A stretch of 64,000 nucleotides of DNA from a virus. Where the stretch lies: IMG/VR virus record IMGVR_UViG_3300026382_000175, positions 1 to 64,000 of that record; one strand, 5' to 3'. The translations under genes and the position numbers were made by a program. Below, in pieces: positions 9,885 to 19,237 of the stretch. The notes beneath the pieces are model-generated. The model made no database searches. It was not told the DNA's origin and was given only the letters and a program-made list of their open reading frames with translations. How positions within the stretch are numbered: the first letter of the stretch is position 1; every line of letters starts with the position of its first letter.

Positions 9885-10495
9885 ACCAGCATACTCTTTA
9901 TCTCAGATTTGGAAAGCAACCTGTAAGGTTTTAGAGTGATCTGAACCTCAGCATAAGCTGGATAGTCGTTCTCATAAATCTTGTCACTCCAGTTTATTGT
10001 ATAGCTCTCTAATACAAAGTAAAAGCCTGAGTTTATATAAGTACTATACCTTAACCTGAGCAACCCTGTAGATTTGTTTAAGTCCTTTAAGTCTGGAGAG
10101 TAGTTATGAGGAGCTTTAATTTCTAGAGAGCTTTCATTTACTTCTGGATTAGCCCACTCCATAAAACTCTTGATAGCTTTATCTACAGGTTTGCTAGCTA
10201 AGTTAGGTATAAATAAGCTTATGCTAAGAGGAGATAAAGTTCCTCCAGTCCAGAGTTGAATAGTTTGGTTAAGGCTTACGAACAAACTCTGAGTAGCTCC
10301 AGCTAAAGTCTTAAACTTGTTAACCCACTTACTTAAATCAGACTGCTTATTTAACTCAAACATTCCTTCCCATTGATAACTAGAGCTAATGCTAAGAGGA
10401 GAAACTATTAACCCTCTTAAAGGTTCAGGATAGCTTTGAGGTTGTATCTCTGCTGTTAGCTCTCTACTCTCATAAAGCTTTTCCAGTATATACAT
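9881..10495 (-). CDS. Tail tube initiator/baseplate protein (gp48-like)
   Basis: 'VLESYTINWS...YPAYAEVQITLK' tube-fold motif; follows the tape measure gene. Confidence 0.55.
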   Translation of the reverse strand: MYILEKLYESRELTAEIQPQSYPEPLRGLIVSPLSISSSYQWEGMFELNKQSDLSKWVNKFKTLAGATQSLFVSLNQTIQLWTGGTLSPLSISLFIPNLASKPVDKAIKSFMEWANPEVNESSLEIKAPHNYSPDLKDLNKSTGLLRLRYSTYINSGFYFVLESYTINWSDKIYENDYPAYAEVQITLKPYRLLSKSEIKSMLV

Positions 10496-10497
10496 TG

Positions 10498-12432
10498 TTA
10501 GTATCCTAAGAGTAGTTTACTGAGTATTATAGTTTCTTCACTAGGTTTATCTTGAATGTAAGGTTGATTAGTATTATTCATAACTACTACTTGTTGAGGT
10601 TGGTTAGTATTATTACTAGCTAGATTAGTATTAATATCCTTATTTACTACTCCCCTATTTTCAGTAGGTTTTACTTGTATATCAAGGTTTAAACCTAACT
10701 GTTTAGCTTTAGGTAATAGAGTAGATAGTTGGTTAGAGTTATTAGCAATAGAGAGTACTCTAGCTATGTAGGATTTAGTTTCTCTAGGTAGTTCAGTAAA
10801 AGCTTTAGTAAAGTCTCCTCCATATTTAGTGTAAAGCTTCTTTACTTTACCTATACCATAGTTATAACTAGCTAATGCCCATCTAACATCTCCATTGAAC
10901 TGGGAAAGTAAGTAGGACATATATGCTTTCTGTGCCTCTAGCTGAGCTTTAGGGTTAGTTATATCAGGTATGTTTTCATACTTCAGTAAGTTAGGATTAT
11001 ACTTAGCATAGAACTCTTTCTTAGTCCAAACTTCTTTCCAAGTAGCAGGCATAAACTGAGCTAAACCAGTAGCTCCTACCCTAGATACTGCTTTAGGATT
11101 GAAGTTGGACTCTACCTTAATTTGAGCTAAGAGTAGCTTATCTAGGTTAGACTGGTTAGAAAATACCTCCTGAGATTTATCTATTTGGCCATTATGGGAA
11201 GTTCTACCCTTACTAAAGGGTTTAGTATTTAGAAGGTTAAATAAAGCTCCAAATGGCGTATATTTTAAGATTTTGTTATTCAGCCAATCTAAACCTTTAG
11301 CAACTTTCTCTTGAGATACTAAACCAAAGGTAAAGTCTGATACTACCTTAGCTCCTGCTGATTCTAATTTCTGTGCTAGTGTAGCATCCTTACCAAATAT
11401 CTTCTCAGCACTCTTAAATCCCTTATAAGCTGAGTAAGCTCCTAAAGCTAATGTTAAAGGTAAAGCTACCTTACCTAGTAACCCCTTACCTATATTAAGA
11501 ACTGTTCCTAACTTACTTACATTAGTAGCTGTTGAAACTATACCTCCAGTAGTAATAGGAGCTTTTAATCCAACTTTAGTTAAAACTTGAACTGCTTTAC
11601 TACCTAAACCTGTTTTGGATAGTACCCTACCTAATAACCTTCCTCCCTTACCTAATACCCTACCTCCTAATCCAAATATCTTATCTCCAAATAACTCTAA
11701 AGCAAAACCTAACTCAGGAGATATTCCCCAAACCTTTTGTTCTAAGTAGGTTTTAGCATACTCTTTAAAACCTCCTCCTGTTAAACCTTTGTAGAAGTTT
11801 TCTAGTTTAGAGAACAGCTGTTCTGGAGATAAAGGAGAAGTGGCTAGCTCAGATTTAGGATTAGCTATTACTTGGAACTTACTTTCTAAGTTGTAGAGGT
11901 TATCAGTAATCTTGTCTAAATCCTTTTCCCTTATTTTCTGTATTAGGGAAATAATTCTTTGTTTATCCTCATCAGAGCTGTTTAGCAAGTTAACTTCTTT
12001 CTCTAAGGTAGATTGAATCTCTTGTAGTAGCTCTTTATTAGATTGCTGAAGTTCTTTGTTTTGCTCTATGTAAGTTTTAATGGTTTCTAAGTAGGTTTTA
12101 AAGTCCTGTTGAAATACTTGCTTAATTGGTTCAGTTAAAACTTTACTATTCCAGTTCTGTAATACCTTAAGGAAAGGTTCAGCATTTAGCGTTACCTTAA
12201 CATCTTCAGGAATAGGTTTAGAGAGCTCTTTGATTAAGGTTTGAGTTTCCTCTTTAGTTAAAGACTTGGAGGATAGAAACCTAGTTAAAAGCTCTGATGG
12301 TAAAATAGGAGAGTAAGATAAAACTTTAGCAGTAGTTTGGGTTTGAATCTTGTTAAATGGAGATAGGACTACACTTTGTACTGGTTTTAGTAGTTTAGAT
12401 GAAACTGATTTGAGTTTATCTAGAGGGATCAT
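10498..12432 (-). CDS. Tape measure protein with lytic transglycosylase (SLT) domain
   Basis: Coiled-coil and Gly-rich regions, then 'VESNFNPKAVSRVGATGLAQFMPATW...ALASYNYG...ETKSYI'. Confidence 0.9.
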   Translation of the reverse strand: MIPLDKLKSVSSKLLKPVQSVVLSPFNKIQTQTTAKVLSYSPILPSELLTRFLSSKSLTKEETQTLIKELSKPIPEDVKVTLNAEPFLKVLQNWNSKVLTEPIKQVFQQDFKTYLETIKTYIEQNKELQQSNKELLQEIQSTLEKEVNLLNSSDEDKQRIISLIQKIREKDLDKITDNLYNLESKFQVIANPKSELATSPLSPEQLFSKLENFYKGLTGGGFKEYAKTYLEQKVWGISPELGFALELFGDKIFGLGGRVLGKGGRLLGRVLSKTGLGSKAVQVLTKVGLKAPITTGGIVSTATNVSKLGTVLNIGKGLLGKVALPLTLALGAYSAYKGFKSAEKIFGKDATLAQKLESAGAKVVSDFTFGLVSQEKVAKGLDWLNNKILKYTPFGALFNLLNTKPFSKGRTSHNGQIDKSQEVFSNQSNLDKLLLAQIKVESNFNPKAVSRVGATGLAQFMPATWKEVWTKKEFYAKYNPNLLKYENIPDITNPKAQLEAQKAYMSYLLSQFNGDVRWALASYNYGIGKVKKLYTKYGGDFTKAFTELPRETKSYIARVLSIANNSNQLSTLLPKAKQLGLNLDIQVKPTENRGVVNKDINTNLASNNTNQPQQVVVMNNTNQPYIQDKPSEETIILSKLLLGY

Positions 12433-12572
12433 TTATCAGTCTCCTTAATAACAGCTAAGAGCAAGTTGAAATCTGGTAAAGTAAAGTTAGTTAGCTCAGT
12501 CCAGTTAAACCCTCTCTTTACTAGTAGGTAGAGGGATTTGAGTAGCTCTTTATACTTCTCTTTACCTACAAA
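12429..12572 (-). CDS. -1 frameshift extension of the tail assembly chaperone (GT-like product)
   Basis: 47-codon frame without its own start (FVGKEKYKELLKSLYLLVKRGFNWTEL...ETDK*), entered at slippery C CCU UUG (12569-12575). Its stop overlaps the tape measure ATG. Confidence 0.75.
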   Translation of the reverse strand, partial: FVGKEKYKELLKSLYLLVKRGFNWTELTNFTLPDFNLLLAVIKETDK

Positions 12573-13267
12573 GGGAGGAGTAACACCTCTGGTAAGAACT
12601 GGAATTCTTTAGAGCAGGACTTACAGGTTATAGTTTTAGGTTGTACTCCTACTTCACTAACCTTATCAGCAAAGGTTTCTATTAGTTGAAAGTCTTTTAG
12701 GGAAATTTCTTGTAGTAGCTTTATTACCTCTTGGATAGGTAAGGAAGAGGTTTCATATAGAGCAATAGTACCTAATAGCAGTTCAGTTTCATCAAAGTTA
12801 GGAGATAGTGAGGTAAACTCCTTTAACCTTCTTAGAGTAGGCAAACCAAAAGTAAAGTTCCCTACTCTTATAGGGTAGTCAAAATCAGGTTCTTTAAGAG
12901 CTATGTCCTCTGCTGTTAGTGTTACTGAGTTAGCATTATTACAGAATGGACACTCTACTGAGTACTTAAATATTGGGTTGTCTACTGATAAGGAATACCT
13001 AATTAAGGCTAAAGACTGAGCATCTATAAGAGTTAGTTCATTTAGGTCAAATATAGGTTGAGTAGTAATACCAGCTAAAACTACATCATACTTTTGCAGG
13101 TTGTCTAGAGTTGAAGAGGATAGGGTTAGGACATCTTTAACCTTGTAAGGTTGAACCTGTAAGGAAAACTGATAAGGGTACTGCTTACCTTTACTAGGTA
13201 GCTCAGTAGAGTTAAGGGTAACAAAACCTGTTTCAGGTTGAGTAGGTTGATTAAATTCAATCTTCAT
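12566..13267 (-). CDS. Tail assembly chaperone / baseplate hub assembly protein (T4 gp26-like)
   Basis: 'ELPSKG..Y', CPFC and CKSC zinc motifs; lies before the tape measure gene. Confidence 0.75.
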   Translation of the reverse strand: MKIEFNQPTQPETGFVTLNSTELPSKGKQYPYQFSLQVQPYKVKDVLTLSSSTLDNLQKYDVVLAGITTQPIFDLNELTLIDAQSLALIRYSLSVDNPIFKYSVECPFCNNANSVTLTAEDIALKEPDFDYPIRVGNFTFGLPTLRRLKEFTSLSPNFDETELLLGTIALYETSSLPIQEVIKLLQEISLKDFQLIETFADKVSEVGVQPKTITCKSCSKEFQFLPEVLLLPL

Positions 13268-13736
13268 TTAAGTCCTCTACAACTACTAAGTTTAGTATGT
13301 TTTGCTCTAACTGAGGTTCAGACTTACCTTCAAAGTATAAAGAAGAGTTAGGTAGCACTTTGAAGTTTTTCTCACTTAACTTAGTTAGTTCCTTACCTAC
13401 ATTAGAGTACTTGATTATCTTTAGTGGGAGAGCTCCTTTCTCAGGGAATAAGAACTTAAATCCTTTCTTTAGCCTCTTAGACCACTCTTCTAAGAATTTT
13501 TCAACCTCTCTTTTGTGAGTTTCGTAATAGGTAATTTGAATTTCCTTTACTAGGTAGTTGGATGGGATAGGATAGTTAAACCCTCCAACTTGTCTTATCT
13601 CTAGGTTGTAGGAAAAGATTAGCTCTCTCACCTCACTAACAATCCAAGGAGAGTAAGGGAAGCCTTGTAGATGGACTTCCCACTTAACAGAAGTAGATAT
13701 GTGAGGTAAATTATTCTTAAGCTCTTGAATGTTCAT
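13257..13736 (-). CDS. Tail tube-like protein (gp54-like)
   Basis: Paralogous N-terminus and 'IQITYYE' motif shared with the neighbouring tube gene. Confidence 0.55.
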   Translation of the reverse strand: MNIQELKNNLPHISTSVKWEVHLQGFPYSPWIVSEVRELIFSYNLEIRQVGGFNYPIPSNYLVKEIQITYYETHKREVEKFLEEWSKRLKKGFKFLFPEKGALPLKIIKYSNVGKELTKLSEKNFKVLPNSSLYFEGKSEPQLEQNILNLVVVEDLNED

Positions 13737-13740
13737 TTAA

Positions 13741-14286
13741 CTATCCCTTGTAATTTCTGAGATGGTAGTCATAGTCAATAGTAATAGTAAGCTGTGCAGG
13801 GTCTGCTTGCTGATCTCCTGTAAGTTGGCCTGAATCCATATCAGTAACCAGAGCTCCTATTACTGTAATCTCCCTAACTTCTTTAAGTTCATTAGAAGGG
13901 TCTAGTGAAATAAGCTTAAAGTCAAACTTAAGGTCTTCCCTGTTAGTAGTAGTTCCTTTTTCAGGATCTTCACTAGCATTAAATAGTCCCCAGAAGAACT
14001 GCTCAATCTTAAAGTCAACTCCTTGCCAAAATGTAATAGTAAGTTGACCTGAATAATCTACACTAGTTTGTTGCTTAATTTTGAAACCATGGACTTGGAT
14101 TTCTGAGTTGGTAGCAGTAGGTTTAGGAATGTCGTGAGTGTAGCATCTTAAGTCATAATCATTCCAGTCAATAGCAGGAAGTTCAACATTAGTAGCTTTA
14201 GGTTCTTTAACAATCTGAAATCTCCACTTGTTGGGAGTATATAAGTGAGGTAACTTCTGTTTAACATCAGCCATTGTCCAAGGCAT
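13741..14286 (-). CDS. Tail tube protein (gp19-like)
   Basis: Follows the sheath; 'PNKWRF...LTITF...LTITIDYDY'. Confidence 0.85.
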   Translation of the reverse strand: MPWTMADVKQKLPHLYTPNKWRFQIVKEPKATNVELPAIDWNDYDLRCYTHDIPKPTATNSEIQVHGFKIKQQTSVDYSGQLTITFWQGVDFKIEQFFWGLFNASEDPEKGTTTNREDLKFDFKLISLDPSNELKEVREITVIGALVTDMDSGQLTGDQQADPAQLTITIDYDYHLRNYKG

Positions 14287-14302
14287 AATCTATCCTCCTC
14301 TA

Positions 14303-15931
14303 TTAAACTTGAGCAAGTATGTTAAGGTCTCCTCCAGTAGCAATAATACCAATAGTAAAGTCAATCCACTCTACAGACTTAACAGGTTTTACTGCTACTG
14401 GAACTCTCATAATGTAGTTGTCTATGTCTAGTGAAGTAGTAGCATCTCCAGGATAGAATACTTTGTAGTCGTAGAATGCTCCCCTTGCTTTGAGGTCTCT
14501 AAAGAGAGCATCCATACCTGAGTAAGCTAAATCCCAAGTTGTTTTATCATTAAGGTCAAAGATAAAGGACTCTAAGTACTCCTTACCTACTAGCTCAACA
14601 TAATTGAGGAGAAGTCTAACATTGATCCTATCTAGTGCTGAAAGGAATGGGTAAAGGGTCTTTTGTCCAAAGATTGCTAAACCTTTTCCTGGAGCAAACC
14701 TAATTGGGTTAATACCTTTGTCGTAGAGGAGACCCATTTCATTAACAGACATCCTTCTCCTTACATCTAAAGCAGTAAGGTAACCTCTCTTAAATCCAGC
14801 AGGAGGATACCAAGGATTGTAGTTAGCCCAAGTGTGAGCTATTACCTTACCAGCAAAGCAAGAAGGAGAGAGGTAAAGTGTATCATCTATGTCTGGGTTG
14901 TAAACCTTTAACCAGTTTCCATAAAGTCCAGCAAAGCTAGATAAGTCTCCTGATAGGGAAATTTGATTTTCCCTGTAATCAATAATTTGGGTTACATAGT
15001 TAGAGCTAGCTACATCTTCATAAGGAACTGATAGGGTAGCAAAGCTCCTTTTCTCCTGAGCTATTTCAGTTAGCTTTAGTGCATAAGCAGGATCTGCAAT
15101 ACCAAAGTCATTTATAACCTGATACTTATAAGTATCTCCTTTTAACCTCTCAATAGCCTTAATGTAATCTCCTGTGGTTACTGCTGAACCATCATCTCCT
15201 GCTCCTAAGCTAACAGGAGTAGAACCAGTGGATTGAAGCTTTTTACCAAAGTTCAGAGGGTTAACAAATCCTCTTATGTAAGCTGATTGCTTTAGTACTT
15301 GAGGGAGAAAGAGAGGTTTACCATTAAACTTAGCATTAGGGTCTGTACTTACATAAAACTCCTCTACTTTCTCTCCATTAACAAAAACTTCTATTAAGTC
15401 TGAGTTAGGTACCTTACCAGTAGCATCTAAGTTGGTAATCCTAATAGAAATTGAGTTACCCCAATGTCCAGGAGATTCAGCTATTATGTAAGCTACTATG
15501 TTGGAATCAGAGAACTCAGGTTGGTCTTCATCAGGATTAAAAGGTTCTCCTAAAGAGTCATAACCCAATATCTTGCTAACAGTCCAAGGAGAAGGTTGAA
15601 CAGGATTGCCATCTGTATCAGTAGTACCTTGAACAGGTATATCCATACCTGCAAATGTAATGTCATCGTGAGCTACCCTTACTAACCAAAGAGCAGACTT
15701 CTCTAATACTACTTCAGCTTCTAAGATAGTAGTAGAAAGACCTCTTTTATATCTTTTATCAGTAGGGAAGTATCTAGCTCTAAAGTAGTTAGTGTTAGGT
15801 ACAAATTGAGGGAGTAGAGAACCTCTAGGAGACTCTACTGCTCCAGCTTCAATAAATGTTTGAGTAATCTTAGGTTGGATAGATAAGTCTATTTCTCTAA
15901 GGTTTACTCCTGGTAGTCCTCCTAGTGCCAT
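14303..15931 (-). CDS. Tail sheath protein (gp18-like)
   Basis: 'PGVNLREIDLS', 'PWYPPAGFKRG', 'INPI', 'GQKTL', 'RINVRLL', 'KPVKSVEWI'. Confidence 0.95.
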   Translation of the reverse strand: MALGGLPGVNLREIDLSIQPKITQTFIEAGAVESPRGSLLPQFVPNTNYFRARYFPTDKRYKRGLSTTILEAEVVLEKSALWLVRVAHDDITFAGMDIPVQGTTDTDGNPVQPSPWTVSKILGYDSLGEPFNPDEDQPEFSDSNIVAYIIAESPGHWGNSISIRITNLDATGKVPNSDLIEVFVNGEKVEEFYVSTDPNAKFNGKPLFLPQVLKQSAYIRGFVNPLNFGKKLQSTGSTPVSLGAGDDGSAVTTGDYIKAIERLKGDTYKYQVINDFGIADPAYALKLTEIAQEKRSFATLSVPYEDVASSNYVTQIIDYRENQISLSGDLSSFAGLYGNWLKVYNPDIDDTLYLSPSCFAGKVIAHTWANYNPWYPPAGFKRGYLTALDVRRRMSVNEMGLLYDKGINPIRFAPGKGLAIFGQKTLYPFLSALDRINVRLLLNYVELVGKEYLESFIFDLNDKTTWDLAYSGMDALFRDLKARGAFYDYKVFYPGDATTSLDIDNYIMRVPVAVKPVKSVEWIDFTIGIIATGGDLNILAQV

Positions 15932-15952
15932 AACTTAACCTCCAAATTGAAA

Positions 15953-16162
15953 TTACTTAGATTTCTTACCAGTCTTAGAAGACTTTTTAGTAGACTTAGC
16001 AGGTTTCCTGATAGGGTCTTCTTGAAGCTTCATAACTCCTTTAGGAATAGCTCCTAACAGTTCAGGCTTTTTAACCTTCACTGAACCATATGGAGGAATA
16101 ATTATTACTGTATCTCCATAAGGAACTCTTACAGGATGGTTTAGCGAAGAGTAGAGTACCAT
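15953..16162 (-). CDS. Small basic hypothetical virion protein
   Basis: ORF with RBS in the structural operon; Lys-rich tail. Confidence 0.6.
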   Translation of the reverse strand: MVLYSSLNHPVRVPYGDTVIIIPPYGSVKVKKPELLGAIPKGVMKLQEDPIRKPAKSTKKSSKTGKKSK

Positions 16163-16163
16163 T

Positions 16164-16736
16164 TTAAATTACCTCCTTTATTAAGAGAGGGATTTGAATT
16201 AACTTACCTTCTTGTATCTTGGTTAATAAGAGTGAGTCAACTTTGAACTCATAATCAAAACTAGGTAAAGCTGAATTCTTATAAGAGTGAATAGCACTGG
16301 TAGTAGAAATTCTGTAGTTAAAAGGTAGTTCTACTTGTTTATCCTCTACTAGGATAGGTACAGCTTCATGATAAGAAGCATCGTGATAGAGGTAAATAGT
16401 TTCGTAAAGTTTTACTATACTAACAGGAGAATTAGATAAGAATGAACCTGTTATTACTAAGGTAATAGGTATAGTCTTATACTGGACTCCTACTAACTGG
16501 TCTATGTAAGGTTGCCTGATTATAGAAGACTTAGCTGGATATTCTTGAATTTCTAAATTCCAAGTGGCAAACCACTTACCATCAGACTTATTCCTAAGAA
16601 AGGAGTTAAAGTCTGAAATCAAGTCCTCATTGTCTAGAACGAATACCTCTCCTAGTGTATTAGATACAGGTTCTACTACTGGTTGCAGGAAATCCTTTAA
16701 CCAACCTAGTGAGTGAAAGAGTATAAAATCTAACAT
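16164..16736 (-). CDS. Putative tail terminator/completion protein
   Basis: Synteny and size only. Confidence 0.45.
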   Translation of the reverse strand: MLDFILFHSLGWLKDFLQPVVEPVSNTLGEVFVLDNEDLISDFNSFLRNKSDGKWFATWNLEIQEYPAKSSIIRQPYIDQLVGVQYKTIPITLVITGSFLSNSPVSIVKLYETIYLYHDASYHEAVPILVEDKQVELPFNYRISTTSAIHSYKNSALPSFDYEFKVDSLLLTKIQEGKLIQIPLLIKEVI

Positions 16737-16741
16737 TACCT

Positions 16742-17152
16742 TTAACCCTTACAGTATAATTTGAGTAGTTGAACTGCATCTGGAACTACTGGAATTATAG
16801 TTTCAACAGCTACTACTTTAACATCGTAGTCTTTACCTAAGTACTTAAACTTTAATTTATCCCCCTCCCTTACTTCTAAGTAGTCTGTATAGATTTCCAT
16901 ATCGTAGTAGTCATCACCAAAATTAGAGTAGTGTTGTGAATAGTCTGGTACTGGTATTATTGAGATGTTGGATTGCTTTAAGGAGTAAAGTTCATTAGTT
17001 TCAGAGTGGAAAGATTTAGCTAAAAATCCTTCAGGAGTGTTTTGGTTGGGAGAGTAAACATCAGCTTGAGTTCCATATATCCTTACTAAGACATTAAATA
17101 CCTTTACAGAAATCTTACTGAGTATTAGTGAAAGGTTGTCTAGAATAGCCAT
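16742..17152 (-). CDS. Putative head closure/neck protein
   Basis: 'EVREGDKLKF...YDVKVVAVE' beta-barrel pattern of head-closure proteins; synteny. Confidence 0.5.
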   Translation of the reverse strand: MAILDNLSLILSKISVKVFNVLVRIYGTQADVYSPNQNTPEGFLAKSFHSETNELYSLKQSNISIIPVPDYSQHYSNFGDDYYDMEIYTDYLEVREGDKLKFKYLGKDYDVKVVAVETIIPVVPDAVQLLKLYCKG

Positions 17153-17340
17153 TACTGTTCTTCCTTATTAGTTGCTGTAAGGAGCTTCAAGGCTCTACTG
17201 TAAAGTAAGGTAGATAAAGTCCTATCTTCTTCATAAAGGAGTAAAGCAGTATTTAATAATTGGATAGCCTCTATAATGTAGAGAGTAGGTTCTTTACTGC
17301 TTAACCTAACTATTAATCTTACTATGGCTTGCTTGTCCAT
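17152..17340 (-). CDS. Hypothetical protein (62 aa)
   Basis: ORF abuts the next gene; weak RBS. Confidence 0.45.
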   Translation of the reverse strand: MDKQAIVRLIVRLSSKEPTLYIIEAIQLLNTALLLYEEDRTLSTLLYSRALKLLTATNKEEQ

Positions 17341-17372
17341 TTGAACTCTCTAGTATTACGATTAGTTAGATT

Positions 17373-17442
17373 AGTATTACTAAGTATTACGAATTCTTAT
17401 TGACCCTAGGGAATTTTGAATAGCAGTAATACTAAGTAATAC
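17373..17442. repeat. 70-bp GTAWTAC element, copy 1
   Basis: 57/70 ungapped identity to 44636-44705; pairs of GTAWTAC heptamers flank a conserved core. Confidence 0.9.
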
Positions 17443-17461
17443 GAATTGGCTAAAAATATTA

Positions 17462-18217
17462 CTAACCCAGTACAGCCTCTATGTAACCTGCATTCTTAAC
17501 CCAATCTACTAACTGCTGATCAGTCATTCCATTCTTACCTTTAACTCTCTTATCCCTTACAAACTGAAGGAAAGAGGCTTCATCAGAAAAGCTTTCTACA
17601 CTACCACTAGGGTAAACTACATCAAAAGTATCTCCATCGTAAGTAATGACTACCTTAGTAGCCTCTTCCTCAGTTTTCTTAAAAATCTTCCTTAAGAGTT
17701 GAAGAACTTTAGTCCTCTTCCTACAAATCTCATCTCCTTTCCTATCTCCTGAACAACCATACCTATTGTAGAAGAAGTTTACTCTAGCAACAGCTTGCTT
17801 ATAATCCTTAGAAGCCTTAGCTACTGTTTTAGCTATTGTCTCAGGGTCTTTAGTAAATAAACCTTCAGGAGGATGCCACTTAGGTTTAACTTTACTTACC
17901 CAGTTAGCCTCATCTATCTCTAAGAGTAGGCTGTTAAGTCTTTCTATTAACCTCATTTCATTAACTCCACAAACCTTTTTAAGTTTCTGTATTAGTGAAA
18001 GCGTTTTAGAGCTGAATTTTCTTTCCTTAGCTAGCTTTATTACTCTACAAACAAAGATTCTCTGGTAGTTAGATTTACAACCAAACTTAAGTATCTCCTC
18101 CAACCTTCTCTGAAGAGAGTCCTCTGGAAGTAAGTGAAGATGATTAATTAGGAAAAGGAAGGAGGCTTGGTCTATGAAGAACTTAGGGAGTTGTTCTTTA
18201 ACCTTCCTCTCCTCCAC
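17462..18217 (-). CDS. Putative head protein with DUF3175-like domain; internal start at 17956
   Basis: GTG at 18217 follows AAGGAG; internal GGAG-N8-ATG gives MRLIERLNSLLLE; 'PPEGLFTKDPETIA...RVNFFYNRYG' resembles DUF3175. Confidence 0.55.
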   Translation of the reverse strand: MEERKVKEQLPKFFIDQASFLFLINHLHLLPEDSLQRRLEEILKFGCKSNYQRIFVCRVIKLAKERKFSSKTLSLIQKLKKVCGVNEMRLIERLNSLLLEIDEANWVSKVKPKWHPPEGLFTKDPETIAKTVAKASKDYKQAVARVNFFYNRYGCSGDRKGDEICRKRTKVLQLLRKIFKKTEEEATKVVITYDGDTFDVVYPSGSVESFSDEASFLQFVRDKRVKGKNGMTDQQLVDWVKNAGYIEAVLG

Positions 18218-18536
18218 TTTGAAGCTCCTTAGCCTTATTCTCAATAAACTCTACCATAGCTTTAAGTCCACCTTCATCTACCTCATAAGAATCAAAGACA
18301 ATGTTACCATTTTCATCTAGCTTAGTATTTACTTGGAGGATTTCTTTACCTGCTACATTAATAGCTACCATATAAGTACCTTGCTCTTCATCAATAGGGT
18401 CAAAGTCAAAATAAGAAGATTCTCTAAGGATAATCCCCATTTTATCGTAGAGGTCTTGAGTAAGAGCTTCTTTAACCTTTTTCTTCCTAGACTTACACCT
18501 CTCTACTAAAGCTAAAAGTCTTTTAGCGTTAGCCAT
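18198..18536 (-). CDS. Hypothetical (putative internal head) protein
   Basis: Strong GGAGG RBS; N-terminal RLLALVE leader. Confidence 0.65.
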   Translation of the reverse strand: MANAKRLLALVERCKSRKKKVKEALTQDLYDKMGIILRESSYFDFDPIDEEQGTYMVAINVAGKEILQVNTKLDENGNIVFDSYEVDEGGLKAMVEFIENKAKELQSGGEEG

Positions 18537-18549
18537 AACTTAACCTCCT

Positions 18550-18741
18550 CTACATAACTGAATCTTTCCAATCTATTGCTAGTGTAGGGCAATTTTGGAT
18601 ACATAACCCACAATTTAAACAAGAGGATTCACTTGAACTAGAAAAGTGAGGGTAATCGTTAAGAATTTGAAAACAACCCATAGGACATTCATCTACACAG
18701 ATATAGCATTGAATACACAACTCGTAATCTATTTTTACCAT
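18550..18741 (-). CDS. 2[4Fe-4S] dicluster ferredoxin
   Basis: Two CxxCxxCxxxCP motifs: CIQCYICVDECP and CLNCGLCIQNCP. Confidence 0.92.
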   Translation of the reverse strand: MVKIDYELCIQCYICVDECPMGCFQILNDYPHFSSSSESSCLNCGLCIQNCPTLAIDWKDSVM

Positions 18742-18743
18742 TC

Positions 18744-19178
18744 CTATCCCTCTACCTCAACTTCTACTTCGCACTCTCCATCTTCCATAGCACAAAGAAC
18801 TGCATCTTCAGCAGTAGGATTGGACTTAAGTTGGAGTAGCTTAGCTATTGCATCTACTTTGTTAAGAGCTGAAAAGATAGGATTACCTTGCTCATCTACT
18901 AAATCAAAAGTAGGAGCATCTGAACCATTAAAAATAAGTTTAGCTTTTATAACTTTAGCTTCATTAGATTGTTCAGGCTCTTCTGTAGGTTGTTCTGGTT
19001 CTTGGTCATCTACCTTCCTAGTCATAGGAGTACCACACTTAGGACAATCATAATTAGAGCAAGGTATTCCCATAGGAGCTTCCATCTCATAACCACAGTT
19101 AGGACATACGCAAGTTTTAGTGGGGATTTCTATATCTAACTCCTCTAGTAGAGAAATTATTTCATGTATCTTTGCCAT
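18744..19178 (-). CDS. Zinc-ribbon protein (putative head protein)
   Basis: 'CVCPNCG...PC...CPKCGTPM'; N-terminal IISLLEE leader. Confidence 0.7.
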   Translation of the reverse strand: MAKIHEIISLLEELDIEIPTKTCVCPNCGYEMEAPMGIPCSNYDCPKCGTPMTRKVDDQEPEQPTEEPEQSNEAKVIKAKLIFNGSDAPTFDLVDEQGNPIFSALNKVDAIAKLLQLKSNPTAEDAVLCAMEDGECEVEVEVEG

Positions 19179-19205
19179 ACCTTAACCTCCTTTATTACTG
19201 AAAAT

Positions 19206-19229
19206 GGGAGAGGGTTGGTACCCTCTCCC
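19206..19229 (-). terminator. Intrinsic terminator after the major capsid gene
   Basis: Perfect 10-bp stem GGGAGAGGGT/ACCCTCTCCC followed by ATTTT on the minus strand. Confidence 0.75.
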
Positions 19230-19237
19230 TATATCAA

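Noticed and set aside
19196-19208. CCCATTTTCAGTA after the capsid terminator (and a similar sequence at ~62300) as further iteron copies
   Set aside because: Both lack the GGTTT half and coincide with terminator U-tracts; possibly chance.
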